From Candidatus Poribacteria bacterium (GTDB taxonomy: Bacteria > Poribacteria > WGA-4E > GCA-2687025), in contig OY762492.1 of assembly GCA_963665845.2 (NCBI GenBank), forward strand, positions 1,952,001-2,016,000: DNA of 64,000 nt, written 5' to 3'. The position numbers and the translations under genes are program-made. Below, piece by piece: positions 19,400 through 29,124 of the stretch. The notes under the pieces are model-generated. The model saw only the letters and a list, made by a program, of their open reading frames with translations, was not told the origin of the DNA and ran no database searches. Within the stretch, counting starts at the first letter, position 1; each line of letters begins with the position of its first letter.

Positions 19400-20197
19400 A
19401 TGCGCAATGCAATGAACGCTGTCATCGCAGCAATGATTCTCGTGTGCGGAACGGCCGCCGCCCAGTCGCTTGGGCAGATCGCCGTCTTCCACGAAAAGGT
19501 GGGCTGGATCGGCCAAGCCGCCGCTGACGACGCCGCCAATGAAATCCTCAGCAACACAACCTCGACCGACATCATGGCGGTCAATCTGGACGAATCCGCC
19601 AGCTTCCTTGCCGACAGCACCGGCGACGGAGATGTCGATGTCTTCTTCACCTTCGGCTACCTGCCCGAAACCGTCTATGCGCCCGGCAACGCCGAGCCGG
19701 ACGACTCCATCATCGAAAAGTACATCGAGGACGGAAACCTGTACCTCAACACCGCCGACTACATCTTCTATGTGACCCTCGGCGGAGGAGCGAACGCGGT
19801 GGGCGGTCTCCAGAGCGTCACCGACTCCACCTTCGATATGTGGACGGACGGCAACGCTGTCTCTCCGACCGCCGACGGCAGCAAATATCTGCCCAGCTTG
19901 GAAGGTTTCCAGTCGAACCGCTCCTTCAAAAAGGCGCAGGTTGAAGGGGACGAGAACTGGGATTACGCTGTCGTCTTTGCGGAGGGACCGCTCGGCGAAG
20001 ATCCGGCGATCATCCAGCATGCGGACTACAAGGGCTTGGTCGGCATCGTCATGCAGGTCTCCAACGACAACCTGCCGCGCGGGGCGGTCGTCACGGAGCT
20101 GTTCAACAACTGGCTCCCGGACGCTTTCCCGACCACGTCGGTCGATCCGATCGGCAAAGCCGCTTCTCTTTGGGGCGGTTTGAAATCGGCGGAGTGA
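19400..20197 (+). CDS. Secreted protein of unknown function with C-terminal VDPxGK...WGxLK motif (paralog 2)
   Basis: AAGGAG RBS; signal peptide; shares NTADYIFYVT and TDSTFDMWTDGNA with paralog 1; ends SVDPIGKAASLWGGLKSAE. Confidence 0.88.
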   Translation: MRNAMNAVIAAMILVCGTAAAQSLGQIAVFHEKVGWIGQAAADDAANEILSNTTSTDIMAVNLDESASFLADSTGDGDVDVFFTFGYLPETVYAPGNAEPDDSIIEKYIEDGNLYLNTADYIFYVTLGGGANAVGGLQSVTDSTFDMWTDGNAVSPTADGSKYLPSLEGFQSNRSFKKAQVEGDENWDYAVVFAEGPLGEDPAIIQHADYKGLVGIVMQVSNDNLPRGAVVTELFNNWLPDAFPTTSVDPIGKAASLWGGLKSAE

Positions 20198-20233
20198 TTC
20201 GTTGAACGCTGGAACAGGCCGCGCGGGGGATGC

Positions 20234-20608
20234 TCAACAGCACCCTTTGCGCGGTCTGATTCTTGCGATGACGCGGTAGGCCGCTTCGGCGAGCGGCGCC
20301 AAGACGGGCAGCTGAAGCAGCTGTCCAAGCCATCGCCGCCTCGGCAGCCGAGATAAGATGCGCCCCGCCGCCGCCGCGCCGCGGTATGTTTTTCCAAACT
20401 CCACCGCATGAATCGCGCGTCGCGCCTCTTCAGCCGACAGGGAGAGCCGCGCCAACGCCGCCTCGTCCTGAAGCGGTATGAAATGGACGGCGCCGTCTAT
20501 ATCCAAAGCTGACCAGCGCGCCGCCGCGCGTCGACACCATCCGCATTCGGCGTCGTACACTGCGACTAGGCGGCTCGCCGTTTTTGCTTTTTCAGCCTGT
20601 CTTTCCAT
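20234..20608 (-). CDS. DCC-family (DUF393) thiol-disulfide oxidoreductase
   Basis: YDAECGWC (DxxCxxC), FIPLQ, AYRVIARIR; start MERQAEK at 20608. Confidence 0.85.
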   Translation of the reverse strand: MERQAEKAKTASRLVAVYDAECGWCRRAAARWSALDIDGAVHFIPLQDEAALARLSLSAEEARRAIHAVEFGKTYRGAAAAGRILSRLPRRRWLGQLLQLPVLAPLAEAAYRVIARIRPRKGCC

Positions 20609-21157
20609 ATGTCTTTCTGGCGAACGCGGACGGTTTCTGCCGGGACTCTGGATTCCCGCTTGCGCGGGAATGACGAAGAGCGGCGCGCCGCCGCGCGTCG
20701 GCGCCATCCGCATTCGGCGTCGTACACTGCGACTAGGCGGTTTGCCGTTTTTGCTTTTTCAGCCTGTCTTTCCATATGTCTTTCTGGCGAACGCGGAAGG
20801 TTTCTGCCGGGACTCTGGATTCCCGCTTGCGCGGGAATGACGAAGAGGGGCGCGCCGCCGCGCGTCGACACCATCCGCATTCGGCGTCGTACACTGCGAC
20901 TAGGCGGCTTGCCATTTTTGTTTTTCAGTCTGTCTTTCCATACGCCGCGCTGTCAATACCTAAAGTCTGACCTTCTGTCTTTAGTTGGGACATTCCGCCT
21001 AGTGAACGCGGACGGTTTCTGCGACGCCTCTGGATTCCCGCTTGCGCGGGAATGACGAAGAGCGGCGCGCCGCCGCGCGTCGGCGCCATCCGCATTCGGC
21101 GTCGTACACCGCGGCTAAGCGGCGTGGCGCTTGTGTTTCGCCTGCCTGTCTTTCCAT
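20516..21157. repeat. Four copies of the DCC gene 5' end separated by REP hairpins
   Basis: Start-codon copies at 20608, 20775, 20941 and 21157; REPs near 20648, 20815 and 21030; element end at 20967. Confidence 0.9.
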
Positions 21158-23559
21158 AATGCCGCGTAGGTCAGGATGTTCTCCACCAGCGGAACGCTCC
21201 ACTCAAAATCTGCGGGGCGGCTCGGTCCGAAGCCGAACACGACATACAGCCCGCGTCCATATGGGAGGGTCAACGCGACCGCCGCCTTCTCGCCCTCATA
21301 GGGTCCCTCCGTGTCGACGGATGCAATCTGCGTGAATCGGTCGCTCCATACCGACCAGCCGACCTTCGCCGGCGTCTCTTCCAGCTCCAGTTCGTTCGGC
21401 TCCAGGAAGATGCGCGACACCTTTGCCGCGGCGATGGCGGAGATCGTCTCAAACTTGATGAGGCTCCCCCCTGGCTCATGAATCCGCGGACCGCGCGTCA
21501 GTTCGACGTTGGACGCGATGCGGTCTTCCGTTTCCACCAGCGGATCGGGTATCCATCCGAGTCGACCGCCCCGCCGCACTTTTGTGTTCGGCGGAAATGC
21601 GATGATGATTCCGCCCTGGGCGGCGAATCGGCGGATGCGCTCCTCGCTTTGCCGGTTGAATCCGCGCAGGTTTTGCAGATTGGCGCCCATGCCGAGATAC
21701 AGGATGTCCATCTTATCCAGACACGGCAGCGCCGGGTTCGGTTCTCGGCGGAAAAGCATGCGGTGACCCGCCGCCGAGTGGATCGCGTTCAGGGCGCTGA
21801 TCTCCTCGTCATGCCGCGCTTGCGTCAAAACGCCGATGCGCATCGGCAGTTTGTGCGGGGGCGCGGTGATTTTCAAATCGCGCCGCCGCCGCGCAATCGG
21901 GAACTGCAAAGCCCAGCTTTCGGGCGACGCGAGCTGCTTCTCGCTCGAAATCAGCTGCATCAGCGCCACCTGCGCCGCCGCCTTCTTCGCCCTGCCGGTC
22001 AACGCGCCGAGGCGGCCCGAAAACGACCAGCGCAGAGGGCGCGACTTCCGCTCAAACCGATCAAACGAACGCTCGTTGTCCCACCGCTTCGAGTAATGTC
22101 CGCGCACCTCCGGAATGTTGACAAGGTCTTTGCTGAGGTTCGTCACATATCCGCTGTTGAGATGCAGCCCGCGGATGCGGTTGCCTTTCTCGTCGGTGAT
22201 CTCAAGGCGCGAGGAGGTGCGCCACAGCGCCTCCGCCAGAGAGTCGAGCTGAACATCCTGCGCGTCCACCTTCTCGGCGCGGTATTTGATCGCGTTGTTT
22301 TGGTATTTGACGACGCAATCCGCCATGCGGCTGGTGTGGAACCGCAGCTTCACATGTCCGTAATCGTTCAGGCCGAGGTCGAAGCCGGGACCGATGATTT
22401 CCTTGAATGTGCTTTGCGCCACCTTGCGCCGTTCGTGATGCATCTTTTTCCACTTGATTTTGCCGTACGGCTCAATCCGTATGTTGATCTTCTCGTGGTT
22501 GTGCTTATGATCCTTGTTGTAAGATTTATTTCCGACATGCTGGTTGGCGATCTTGCGGCCGCCATGCATTTCTAAGAGTGTGAGCTGAAGCGGGAACTGC
22601 GCGCGGCTCTCGATCTCGATCTCGTTGTCATGGCGCGTCGCGCGCACAAGTCGGTCGTATCCGCCGCCGCCGACCCACTTGCCCTGCTGTTTTCCCCACT
22701 CAATGTTCAGCTCAAAACTTTCATCCAGCTTCACATCCAGCAGCTGGTAGTAGCCGCCCAAGGTGTAGTCGGCAAGGATGCATTCTCGGTTGCCGCCCAA
22801 GACATTCGCCAACACTTTCGTTCCGAGAAGCCGGTCGATGAGCATACGGTAGGAGGTGCCGCCTTCAGTGTCGTCCAGCTTGTATCCTCCCTCTCGGGTG
22901 ATGCCGGTAACATCTTCGACCTGCCTTTCAGCCATCTCTTGAATCTGCGCCCCGCCTATATATTTTTCAGTGTGCCCCCGCAATCGAGTGAGATGGGTTC
23001 CGATCGCTTGGTCCCATATCACCTTCACTTGATCGCCCAGCAGCCGGAAGAACGACAGGAGCTGTTTTCGAAAACGGTTGAAGATGGTCGGGTGGATGGA
23101 GCGTTGAATATACCCTTTCCGCTCATCCATGTCCGCCTGCGTCATTTCGTCATGGTAACGGACGAGCGCCTGGAACTTGTCGTGAAATTCTTTATGGCTG
23201 AAGAGCCGTCCGCTGTCTTTGCCCTGAACGTCGGTCTTCTCCGAGGCGATCTCCACATCTTTCAGAATCATTTTAAAGATGCCCGATTCCCGCCCGTCTT
23301 TATGCCTCAACTGCAGATACTTGCCGAGGTGCCGTTTCAAAATCTTGTCTCGGCGCACCGCCGAATGAATCGTCTTGATGACGGTGATGACGATGCTGAC
23401 AATGACCGTCGCCCAGAGCGGATTTTTTGCGCCGACTTCAAAAATTTTGAAAAAGCCGGAATCGGTCGCCGCGGGCGCGCTGTCCTGCGCAAACGCCGCG
23501 AACGCCAGCGAGCCAAACAACGCGAACGCCGAAATCCAATAAACCCGTTTCATCACCAC
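21115..23559 (-). CDS. Large hypothetical membrane protein (814 aa)
   Basis: Long ORF with signal peptide and TM helix; C-terminal region possibly GATase-like; overlaps the upstream gene. Confidence 0.8.
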   Translation of the reverse strand: MVMKRVYWISAFALFGSLAFAAFAQDSAPAATDSGFFKIFEVGAKNPLWATVIVSIVITVIKTIHSAVRRDKILKRHLGKYLQLRHKDGRESGIFKMILKDVEIASEKTDVQGKDSGRLFSHKEFHDKFQALVRYHDEMTQADMDERKGYIQRSIHPTIFNRFRKQLLSFFRLLGDQVKVIWDQAIGTHLTRLRGHTEKYIGGAQIQEMAERQVEDVTGITREGGYKLDDTEGGTSYRMLIDRLLGTKVLANVLGGNRECILADYTLGGYYQLLDVKLDESFELNIEWGKQQGKWVGGGGYDRLVRATRHDNEIEIESRAQFPLQLTLLEMHGGRKIANQHVGNKSYNKDHKHNHEKINIRIEPYGKIKWKKMHHERRKVAQSTFKEIIGPGFDLGLNDYGHVKLRFHTSRMADCVVKYQNNAIKYRAEKVDAQDVQLDSLAEALWRTSSRLEITDEKGNRIRGLHLNSGYVTNLSKDLVNIPEVRGHYSKRWDNERSFDRFERKSRPLRWSFSGRLGALTGRAKKAAAQVALMQLISSEKQLASPESWALQFPIARRRRDLKITAPPHKLPMRIGVLTQARHDEEISALNAIHSAAGHRMLFRREPNPALPCLDKMDILYLGMGANLQNLRGFNRQSEERIRRFAAQGGIIIAFPPNTKVRRGGRLGWIPDPLVETEDRIASNVELTRGPRIHEPGGSLIKFETISAIAAAKVSRIFLEPNELELEETPAKVGWSVWSDRFTQIASVDTEGPYEGEKAAVALTLPYGRGLYVVFGFGPSRPADFEWSVPLVENILTYAALWKDRQAKHKRHAA

Positions 23560-24284
23560 TCCTCGTCAAACTCTCCGCCGCATTTTCGGCATGCAAGGTA
23601 AAACTGCACATCGTCCCGAAGCGCGTACTGCTTCATCAGCTCCACCGCCTGATGCGGCAGATCCGCCATGCACTTCGCGCACCGGTAAAGCGAGCCTTCC
23701 ATCGCCGGCGCCTCGTTCATGTTGCCGAGCGTCTCTTTCCATCGGCGGTACTCCCAAGGGACCTCATGCCCCACCTCCTGCGAGATCTTCTCCGCCCAAT
23801 TGATATACCGCTGGCATTCCTGCAGCTCTTTCTCTTCATACGGCGGCTCCTCAAACGACTGGATATGCTTCTCCAGCGCCGCCTCCTCAACCGACACATC
23901 CATAAAGCAGTCCTGAAGCCCCCGCTTCCACAGGTCCAGCAACAGCGACATGACCCGCAGCGTTCCGTCCGGGTTATGCCGCGCGACCAGTACCGAGCCG
24001 CAGCCGCTTTCAGGGATGTAGCGGAAGTAGCACTTGTGGAGCGGGTAGGTCTTGCCGGGCAGGGAGCGGTTGCGCGTCAACATCGGCGCAAAATACGGGC
24101 AGCGCGCGTCGCAGCCTTCTACGACGCCGCGGCTCTCCCGGCAGGTGGTCGCCGAGATGAGACCCTCGTAGGCGGGGCAGTTGCGCTTGGCGTCCGCCAT
24201 CCCGGTGACCTTGTCCCGCCCGCGAAAGCCTTTGCGTATCCGCTTTGACCGTTCCGACAACGGCCTCGGCCACTTGTCATACAT
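23553..24284 (-). CDS. Cys-rich hypothetical protein with C-terminal zinc-ribbon-like CxxC pairs
   Basis: N-terminal Cys cluster; CAKC...CRKC. Confidence 0.75.
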   Translation of the reverse strand: MYDKWPRPLSERSKRIRKGFRGRDKVTGMADAKRNCPAYEGLISATTCRESRGVVEGCDARCPYFAPMLTRNRSLPGKTYPLHKCYFRYIPESGCGSVLVARHNPDGTLRVMSLLLDLWKRGLQDCFMDVSVEEAALEKHIQSFEEPPYEEKELQECQRYINWAEKISQEVGHEVPWEYRRWKETLGNMNEAPAMEGSLYRCAKCMADLPHQAVELMKQYALRDDVQFYLACRKCGGEFDEEW

Positions 24285-24288
24285 CGTC

Positions 24289-25233
24289 TTAGCCCTGATA
24301 GTCGCGCCAGGCGCGTTCAATTCCGCTTTGCCAGCTCAAATTCTGAACGGGGCGCAGGATGTCCAAAACCCCGTTCAGTATCTCTTCGTCTATCGGCGCG
24401 TTCAGCGCCTCTATGTTCGATTCCAGATGCCGCCGCCGCGCCGTGCCTGTCATCGTGGTGTCGGCGGCTGGACACTGGAACGCGAATTGCATTGCTAGAA
24501 ACGCGAGATTGGCTCCCCGTTCGGCGCACCATTCCGCCGCTTCGTTCGCCTTCGCTTTCAACGCATCCGGAGCCGGGTGCCACTCCTGCGGTCCGCCATG
24601 CGTCAACAGACCCATCGAGAGCGGGCTGGCGTTGATGACGCCGAGTCCGTCCGCGCGCCACCGCTCCGCATACGGTATCATCGCCGTGTCGTTCAAGCAG
24701 TAGCGGCAGTAGGACAAGATCGCGTCCAGATGCGGAAACTGCTCATGCGCCGTCTGCAGAACATGCAGCGGCAAGCCCGACGCGCCGATAAAGCGGGTTT
24801 TGCCCTCCTCTTTGAGCGCTTGAAGCGTCGGCAGCCCCTCGTTTAAGACGACCGCCGGGTCGGCAAACTCGATGTCATGCGCGATGAGCAGGTCGACATG
24901 GTCGGTCTGCAGTCGGCGCAGGCTGTTGTCGACCTCGGCGCGCAGCCGTTTCTCGGTGAAATCGAACGCGTCAAAGTCGAACCTTCCCGTTTTGGTGGAG
25001 AGGAACACCTTGCGGCGTTTGCCGTTGAGCGCTTTTCCCAGCGCTTCTTCGGAGCGCGTTCGTCCGTAGTAGGGGGAGGTGTCGAAGTAGTTGACGCCCA
25101 GTTCGATGGCGCGGTCGACCGTTTCGTTCACCTCGCGCTGTGTACGTTCGCCGTATTCTCCGCCCATGGCGGCGGCTCCGGCGCTCATCGCCGAGACCTG
25201 AAAGCCGGTGCGTCCGAGGGGGCGCGTTTCCAT
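24289..25233 (-). CDS. Aldo/keto reductase (L-galactose dehydrogenase-like)
   Basis: METRPLGRTG; FDTSPYYG; STKTGR; AHDIEF; TGATG overlap with rpsU. Confidence 0.92.
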   Translation of the reverse strand: METRPLGRTGFQVSAMSAGAAAMGGEYGERTQREVNETVDRAIELGVNYFDTSPYYGRTRSEEALGKALNGKRRKVFLSTKTGRFDFDAFDFTEKRLRAEVDNSLRRLQTDHVDLLIAHDIEFADPAVVLNEGLPTLQALKEEGKTRFIGASGLPLHVLQTAHEQFPHLDAILSYCRYCLNDTAMIPYAERWRADGLGVINASPLSMGLLTHGGPQEWHPAPDALKAKANEAAEWCAERGANLAFLAMQFAFQCPAADTTMTGTARRRHLESNIEALNAPIDEEILNGVLDILRPVQNLSWQSGIERAWRDYQG

Positions 25234-25448
25234 CAGTAGTATTTCGGCGCGGCGTCGTTGTTTTTCGCCTGGGCGCGCAGCAGTTGGCGCTGTCGGCGCA
25301 TCAGTTTTCGGCGCCGTTTTTCGCTCGGTTTTTCGTACGCCATGCGGCGTTTCATTTCGCGGCGGAGTCCTTCCCGCTCGCACAGTTTTTTAAATCGGTT
25401 CAGCACGCGATCGATGGAGTCGTCGCTGCTCACATTCACTTTCGGCAA
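25233..25448 (-). CDS. rpsU: 30S ribosomal protein S21
   Basis: LNRFKK...YEKPSEKRRRK; TTG start after GGAGG. Confidence 0.95.
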   Translation of the reverse strand: MPKVNVSSDDSIDRVLNRFKKLCEREGLRREMKRRMAYEKPSEKRRRKLMRRQRQLLRAQAKNNDAAPKYY

Positions 25449-25507
25449 AACATACCTCCGTTGTTTTGTTGACGGGCGCCCTTTTCATACAATGCGCCCA
25501 TGTACAG

Positions 25508-25536
25508 AGTATAACGCAAAGGCGCGGACGATGCAA
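25508..25536 (-). promoter_or_regulatory. Sigma70-like promoter of rpsU
   Basis: TTGCAT-17 nt-TATACT. Confidence 0.7.
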
Positions 25537-25607
25537 CTCAAGCAGGAATCTGGCAGTACGCCCATGCGATGAATTTCATTTGACCCTAAAGCGTCGGAAC
25601 CGCCTGA

Positions 25608-25695
25608 CGTCATTCCCGCGTAAGCGGGAATCTTAAGGCATCGCAGTCGCTGCGCCTGTTTTAAACCCCCCTAGCCCCCCTTTTCAAGGGGGGAA
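25608..25695. repeat. CGTC REP plus CCCCCTTTTCAAGGGGG hairpin
   Basis: Both motifs recur elsewhere in the window. Confidence 0.8.
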
Positions 25696-25752
25696 TCGGA
25701 CGCTCCACGCCGCGAATATCCCTTATGGGAGTACTACCAGAAATCTTAACCG

Positions 25753-26427
25753 TTACCCGACGATGCGCCCGTCGCGCATCTCAATGACGCGGTCGGCAGA
25801 CTGCTCAAGCGCCGTCTGGTGCGTCGCGATGACGACAGCGGCTCCAAACTGCTCGCGCAGCTCCGCAACCAGCGCCAGCAGGTTGGCGGATTGGCGGCTG
25901 TCGAGATTGGCGGTCGGCTCGTCCGCGAAGATCACCTTCGGGTTGTTCGCCAACGCGCGCGCGAAAGAGACGCGCTGCTTTTCACCCCCAGAAAGCTGCC
26001 CAGGGCGGTGCGTCAACCGATGCTCCAAGCCGACCTGACGCAGCAGTTCTTCCGCTCTGTTTTCCGCCTCGGCGCCTTTTTTGCCGGCGACATCCAGCGC
26101 CAGCAGCACATTTTCAAGCGCCGACAGATACGGCGCCAGGTTGAACATCTGAAACACAAAGCCGATTTTCTCTCGGCGCAGGCGGGGCAGAACGCGCTCA
26201 TCGCTGTAGTCCACCTCAGCGCCCTCCAGCAGCGTCGTCCCTTCGCTCGGTCTCAAGATGCATCCAAGCATGCTCATGAGAGTCGTCTTGCCGCAGCCGC
26301 TGTCGCCTTTTAACATCGCCAGCTCGCCGCTCTGGACGGCGATGTCAACGCCGTTGACAGCGGTCACCTGGGCGTCTCCCTCCCCGAACCGCTTCACTAA
26401 GCCGACGCCTTCGATGACAGCGCTCAT
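25753..26427 (-). CDS. ABC transporter ATP-binding protein (LolD/MacB-like)
   Basis: GDSGCGKT; LSGGEKQR; FADEPTANLD. Confidence 0.95.
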   Translation of the reverse strand: MSAVIEGVGLVKRFGEGDAQVTAVNGVDIAVQSGELAMLKGDSGCGKTTLMSMLGCILRPSEGTTLLEGAEVDYSDERVLPRLRREKIGFVFQMFNLAPYLSALENVLLALDVAGKKGAEAENRAEELLRQVGLEHRLTHRPGQLSGGEKQRVSFARALANNPKVIFADEPTANLDSRQSANLLALVAELREQFGAAVVIATHQTALEQSADRVIEMRDGRIVG

Positions 26428-26444
26428 TTTACGCTCCTTTTTCG

Positions 26445-27668
26445 TTACACTTCGCCGCGGAAGGCGATCATCGGATCAACGCGGGCGGCGCGCCTTGCGG
26501 CGATCCATCCCCCCAAAAGGCAGACCGCCAAACTGACCGCCGAAACGATGCACGCTATTATCGGACTGATTAGCACAAAGAACGGAAAGACCTGAGCGAC
26601 GGCGGTAGCATACGCCAGCGCGACCGCCAGCAAGACGCCCAGAACCGACATCAATCCGATCTGGTTTAAAATGAGCCGCATCACATAGCCGTTGTCGGCG
26701 CCGACCGCCTTCATAATGCCGATTTCGCGCGTCTTTTCGAAGGTTGTCACATACGCGGTCATCCCGACAATGAGCGCCGAGGCGATACATAAAAGTGTTT
26801 GCAAAAACCTAACGCCCTTCATCGGTTCATCCACATAGTTTTTACGAATGTTGTCGATCGTCTCTTCGGTGGTGTGAACATCGACGCCGATGAGGCCTGT
26901 CTGAGGATCAGACAGGACGTCTTTGAGATCGTCGGCGCCATCCTCCTCAGCCGCCTTCACAATAAAGGTGTTCACATAGATCACATCCTGCAGCGCGACG
27001 CGCCGCGCGACATTGATGTCGGTAAAAATGAACGGCGTATCGAAGAGGAACATCATGTCTTCAACAACGCCGACCACTTTCAGCTCATGCCCGCCGACCT
27101 CTATCGATTCGCCAACTTCCAAGCCGAGCGATTTGTCATCGGACACGACGCACTCCATCGGGATGTCTTGTCCAGGGGCGTACTCTTTAGTGGATTGAAA
27201 CATTCTGCCGCGCGCGATGTCGGAGCGTTTCGGTCCGCCTAGTTTTCCAGCGCGGTATCCGACCACCACCGCTTTCACCTCCTGCTCCATATTTTTTTTG
27301 CGAATCGTCGGGCGGGAGGGAGCGAATATGAACGGGTAAACGCCCTTGTCGTTCCTGTTTTCTTCGTCAAGTATCCGGATCAGATTGCGTTCCTCGCCGG
27401 AGGGGGAGCGGACGACGCCAACGCCGGAAACGGCGGGGACAACCGTCTCGGAGTTCAGCAGCGTGAACCCGACAAAGACGCCCCCGCTGCGTTCGCGCGA
27501 TACCCATACATCCGCGCCGGTCGACTCGACAAAACGACTCGCCTGCCAATACATCCCTGTTATGATTCCTTCGAAAAGCAAGATCATTAGGCTAAGAGAC
27601 GCGACGCCCGCGACGGTCAGGGCGGCGCGCCCGCGCCGATAACGCAGGTCTTTCCACAAAAAACGCAC
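26445..27668 (-). CDS. ABC transporter permease (MacB/FtsX family)
   Basis: N-terminal TM, periplasmic domain, EKTREIGIMKAVGA, AARVDPMIAFRGE. Confidence 0.92.
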   Translation of the reverse strand: MRFLWKDLRYRRGRAALTVAGVASLSLMILLFEGIITGMYWQASRFVESTGADVWVSRERSGGVFVGFTLLNSETVVPAVSGVGVVRSPSGEERNLIRILDEENRNDKGVYPFIFAPSRPTIRKKNMEQEVKAVVVGYRAGKLGGPKRSDIARGRMFQSTKEYAPGQDIPMECVVSDDKSLGLEVGESIEVGGHELKVVGVVEDMMFLFDTPFIFTDINVARRVALQDVIYVNTFIVKAAEEDGADDLKDVLSDPQTGLIGVDVHTTEETIDNIRKNYVDEPMKGVRFLQTLLCIASALIVGMTAYVTTFEKTREIGIMKAVGADNGYVMRLILNQIGLMSVLGVLLAVALAYATAVAQVFPFFVLISPIIACIVSAVSLAVCLLGGWIAARRAARVDPMIAFRGEV

Positions 27669-28583
27669 TTAGGTTCCCATCATGTCGAGTAGAACCGCCT
27701 TCTGCAGATGGAGGCGGTTTTCTGCCTGGTCAAAAATGATCGACCGGTCGGAGTCAGCCACCTCGTCCGTTACCTCATGCCCGCGGTGCGCAGGCAGGCA
27801 GTGCATGAACAGCGCGCCGTCGGGCGCCTTGCGCATCAGATCGGCGTTCACCTGATACGGCTCATACGCTTTCTGACGCTCCGGCGTCGGTTTTTCATGC
27901 ATGGAGAACCAGACGTCCGTATATATAATGTCGGCGTTCTGGACGGCGGCGGACGGATCATGCGTCAGCAAGATTTGCGCATCGGTTTGACGGGCGGCTT
28001 GTTGGGCGAACTGAAACGCGCTCGGGTCGGGCGATTCGCCTTTCGGAGAACAGACGGTCAAATGCGCGCCGAACTGCGGAAAGGCATGCAGCATGGAGTG
28101 AACGAGGTTGTTGTTGGCGGGACCGAGGAAGGCGGTACGGACGCCTTCAAGCCGCCCCGTATGTTCATGGATCGTCATCAGGTCGGACAGGATCTGGCAG
28201 GGGTGGTTGAAGTTCGTCAGCCCGTTGATGACCGGGATGGAGGCGTTGTCCGCCATCTCCAGCAGCATGTCGTGTTCATAGAGGCGGACGGCGAGCGCGT
28301 CCACATATCTGGAGAGCGTTCGGACCGTGTCGGGGATCGTTTCGCCGCGGCTCATCTGCGTCGTGTCGGGGTTCAGGTAGATGGAGCCGCCGCCGAGCTG
28401 GATCATGGCGGCTTCAAAGGAGACGCGCGTGCGCGTGGAGCTTTTGAGAAAGAGCAAGGCGAGAGTCTTGCCGCGCAACGCGCCGCTTTCCGCGCCGCGG
28501 TTCTGTTTCAACGCAAGGGCGCGGTCGATATACTGCCGCAGCTCGCGGACGGTGAAATCGTTGAGAGCCAGAAAACGCTTCAT
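27669..28583 (-). CDS. argF: Ornithine carbamoyltransferase
   Basis: STRTRVSF; HPCQ; HCLPAHRG; QAENR. Confidence 0.95.
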   Translation of the reverse strand: MKRFLALNDFTVRELRQYIDRALALKQNRGAESGALRGKTLALLFLKSSTRTRVSFEAAMIQLGGGSIYLNPDTTQMSRGETIPDTVRTLSRYVDALAVRLYEHDMLLEMADNASIPVINGLTNFNHPCQILSDLMTIHEHTGRLEGVRTAFLGPANNNLVHSMLHAFPQFGAHLTVCSPKGESPDPSAFQFAQQAARQTDAQILLTHDPSAAVQNADIIYTDVWFSMHEKPTPERQKAYEPYQVNADLMRKAPDGALFMHCLPAHRGHEVTDEVADSDRSIIFDQAENRLHLQKAVLLDMMGT

Positions 28584-28651
28584 TTCTCATCCCCTATAAA
28601 AGATTTATTTTAGCAGGGGAGTTCGGAAAAGTCAAAAAACGCGCTTCCGTT

Positions 28652-29002
28652 TCAGATCATGCCTTTCAGAAAGAGGCTGACGAGCGCGATCAAAATTCCT
28701 GTTTGGAACGCAAAAAGCAATTTCATTTGGTTTTGAAGGGAAATCAACCGCTTCTCCATTCCCTCTACCCGGCTCGTCAGCGCCGCAAGCGCAATTCGCG
28801 TTTCTGTGTGTTCGCTTTTGAGTTCGGACTTCGCCTCCGCGATTTCGCTTCGGACAGCCGCGATGTCATCTTTGAATTCTGACCGAAGATTCGCGGTTTC
28901 ATCTTTGAAATCGTACCGAAGATTCGCGATGTCCAGCTTTGTCGCGTAAGCGTTTGGATCCAGCGGAAGACCCTCGTTCTGGGGTTCCTGCGTTGTGTTC
29001 AT
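28652..29002 (-). CDS. DUF1640/CCDC90-like coiled-coil protein with C-terminal TM helix
   Basis: ATKLDI neck motif, 11-aa repeats, hydrophobic tail; AAGGAG RBS. Confidence 0.75.
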   Translation of the reverse strand: MNTTQEPQNEGLPLDPNAYATKLDIANLRYDFKDETANLRSEFKDDIAAVRSEIAEAKSELKSEHTETRIALAALTSRVEGMEKRLISLQNQMKLLFAFQTGILIALVSLFLKGMI

Positions 29003-29124
29003 AGCGCGTCTCCTTCATGGGAATCTGTCAACGCCTCAACATGATACGCCGACGCGGCGCATGACGCAAACCCGTCTTTGCCCGACCGCGTCATCCCCGC
29101 CTCTTCATTGCACGGACGTTTGTC

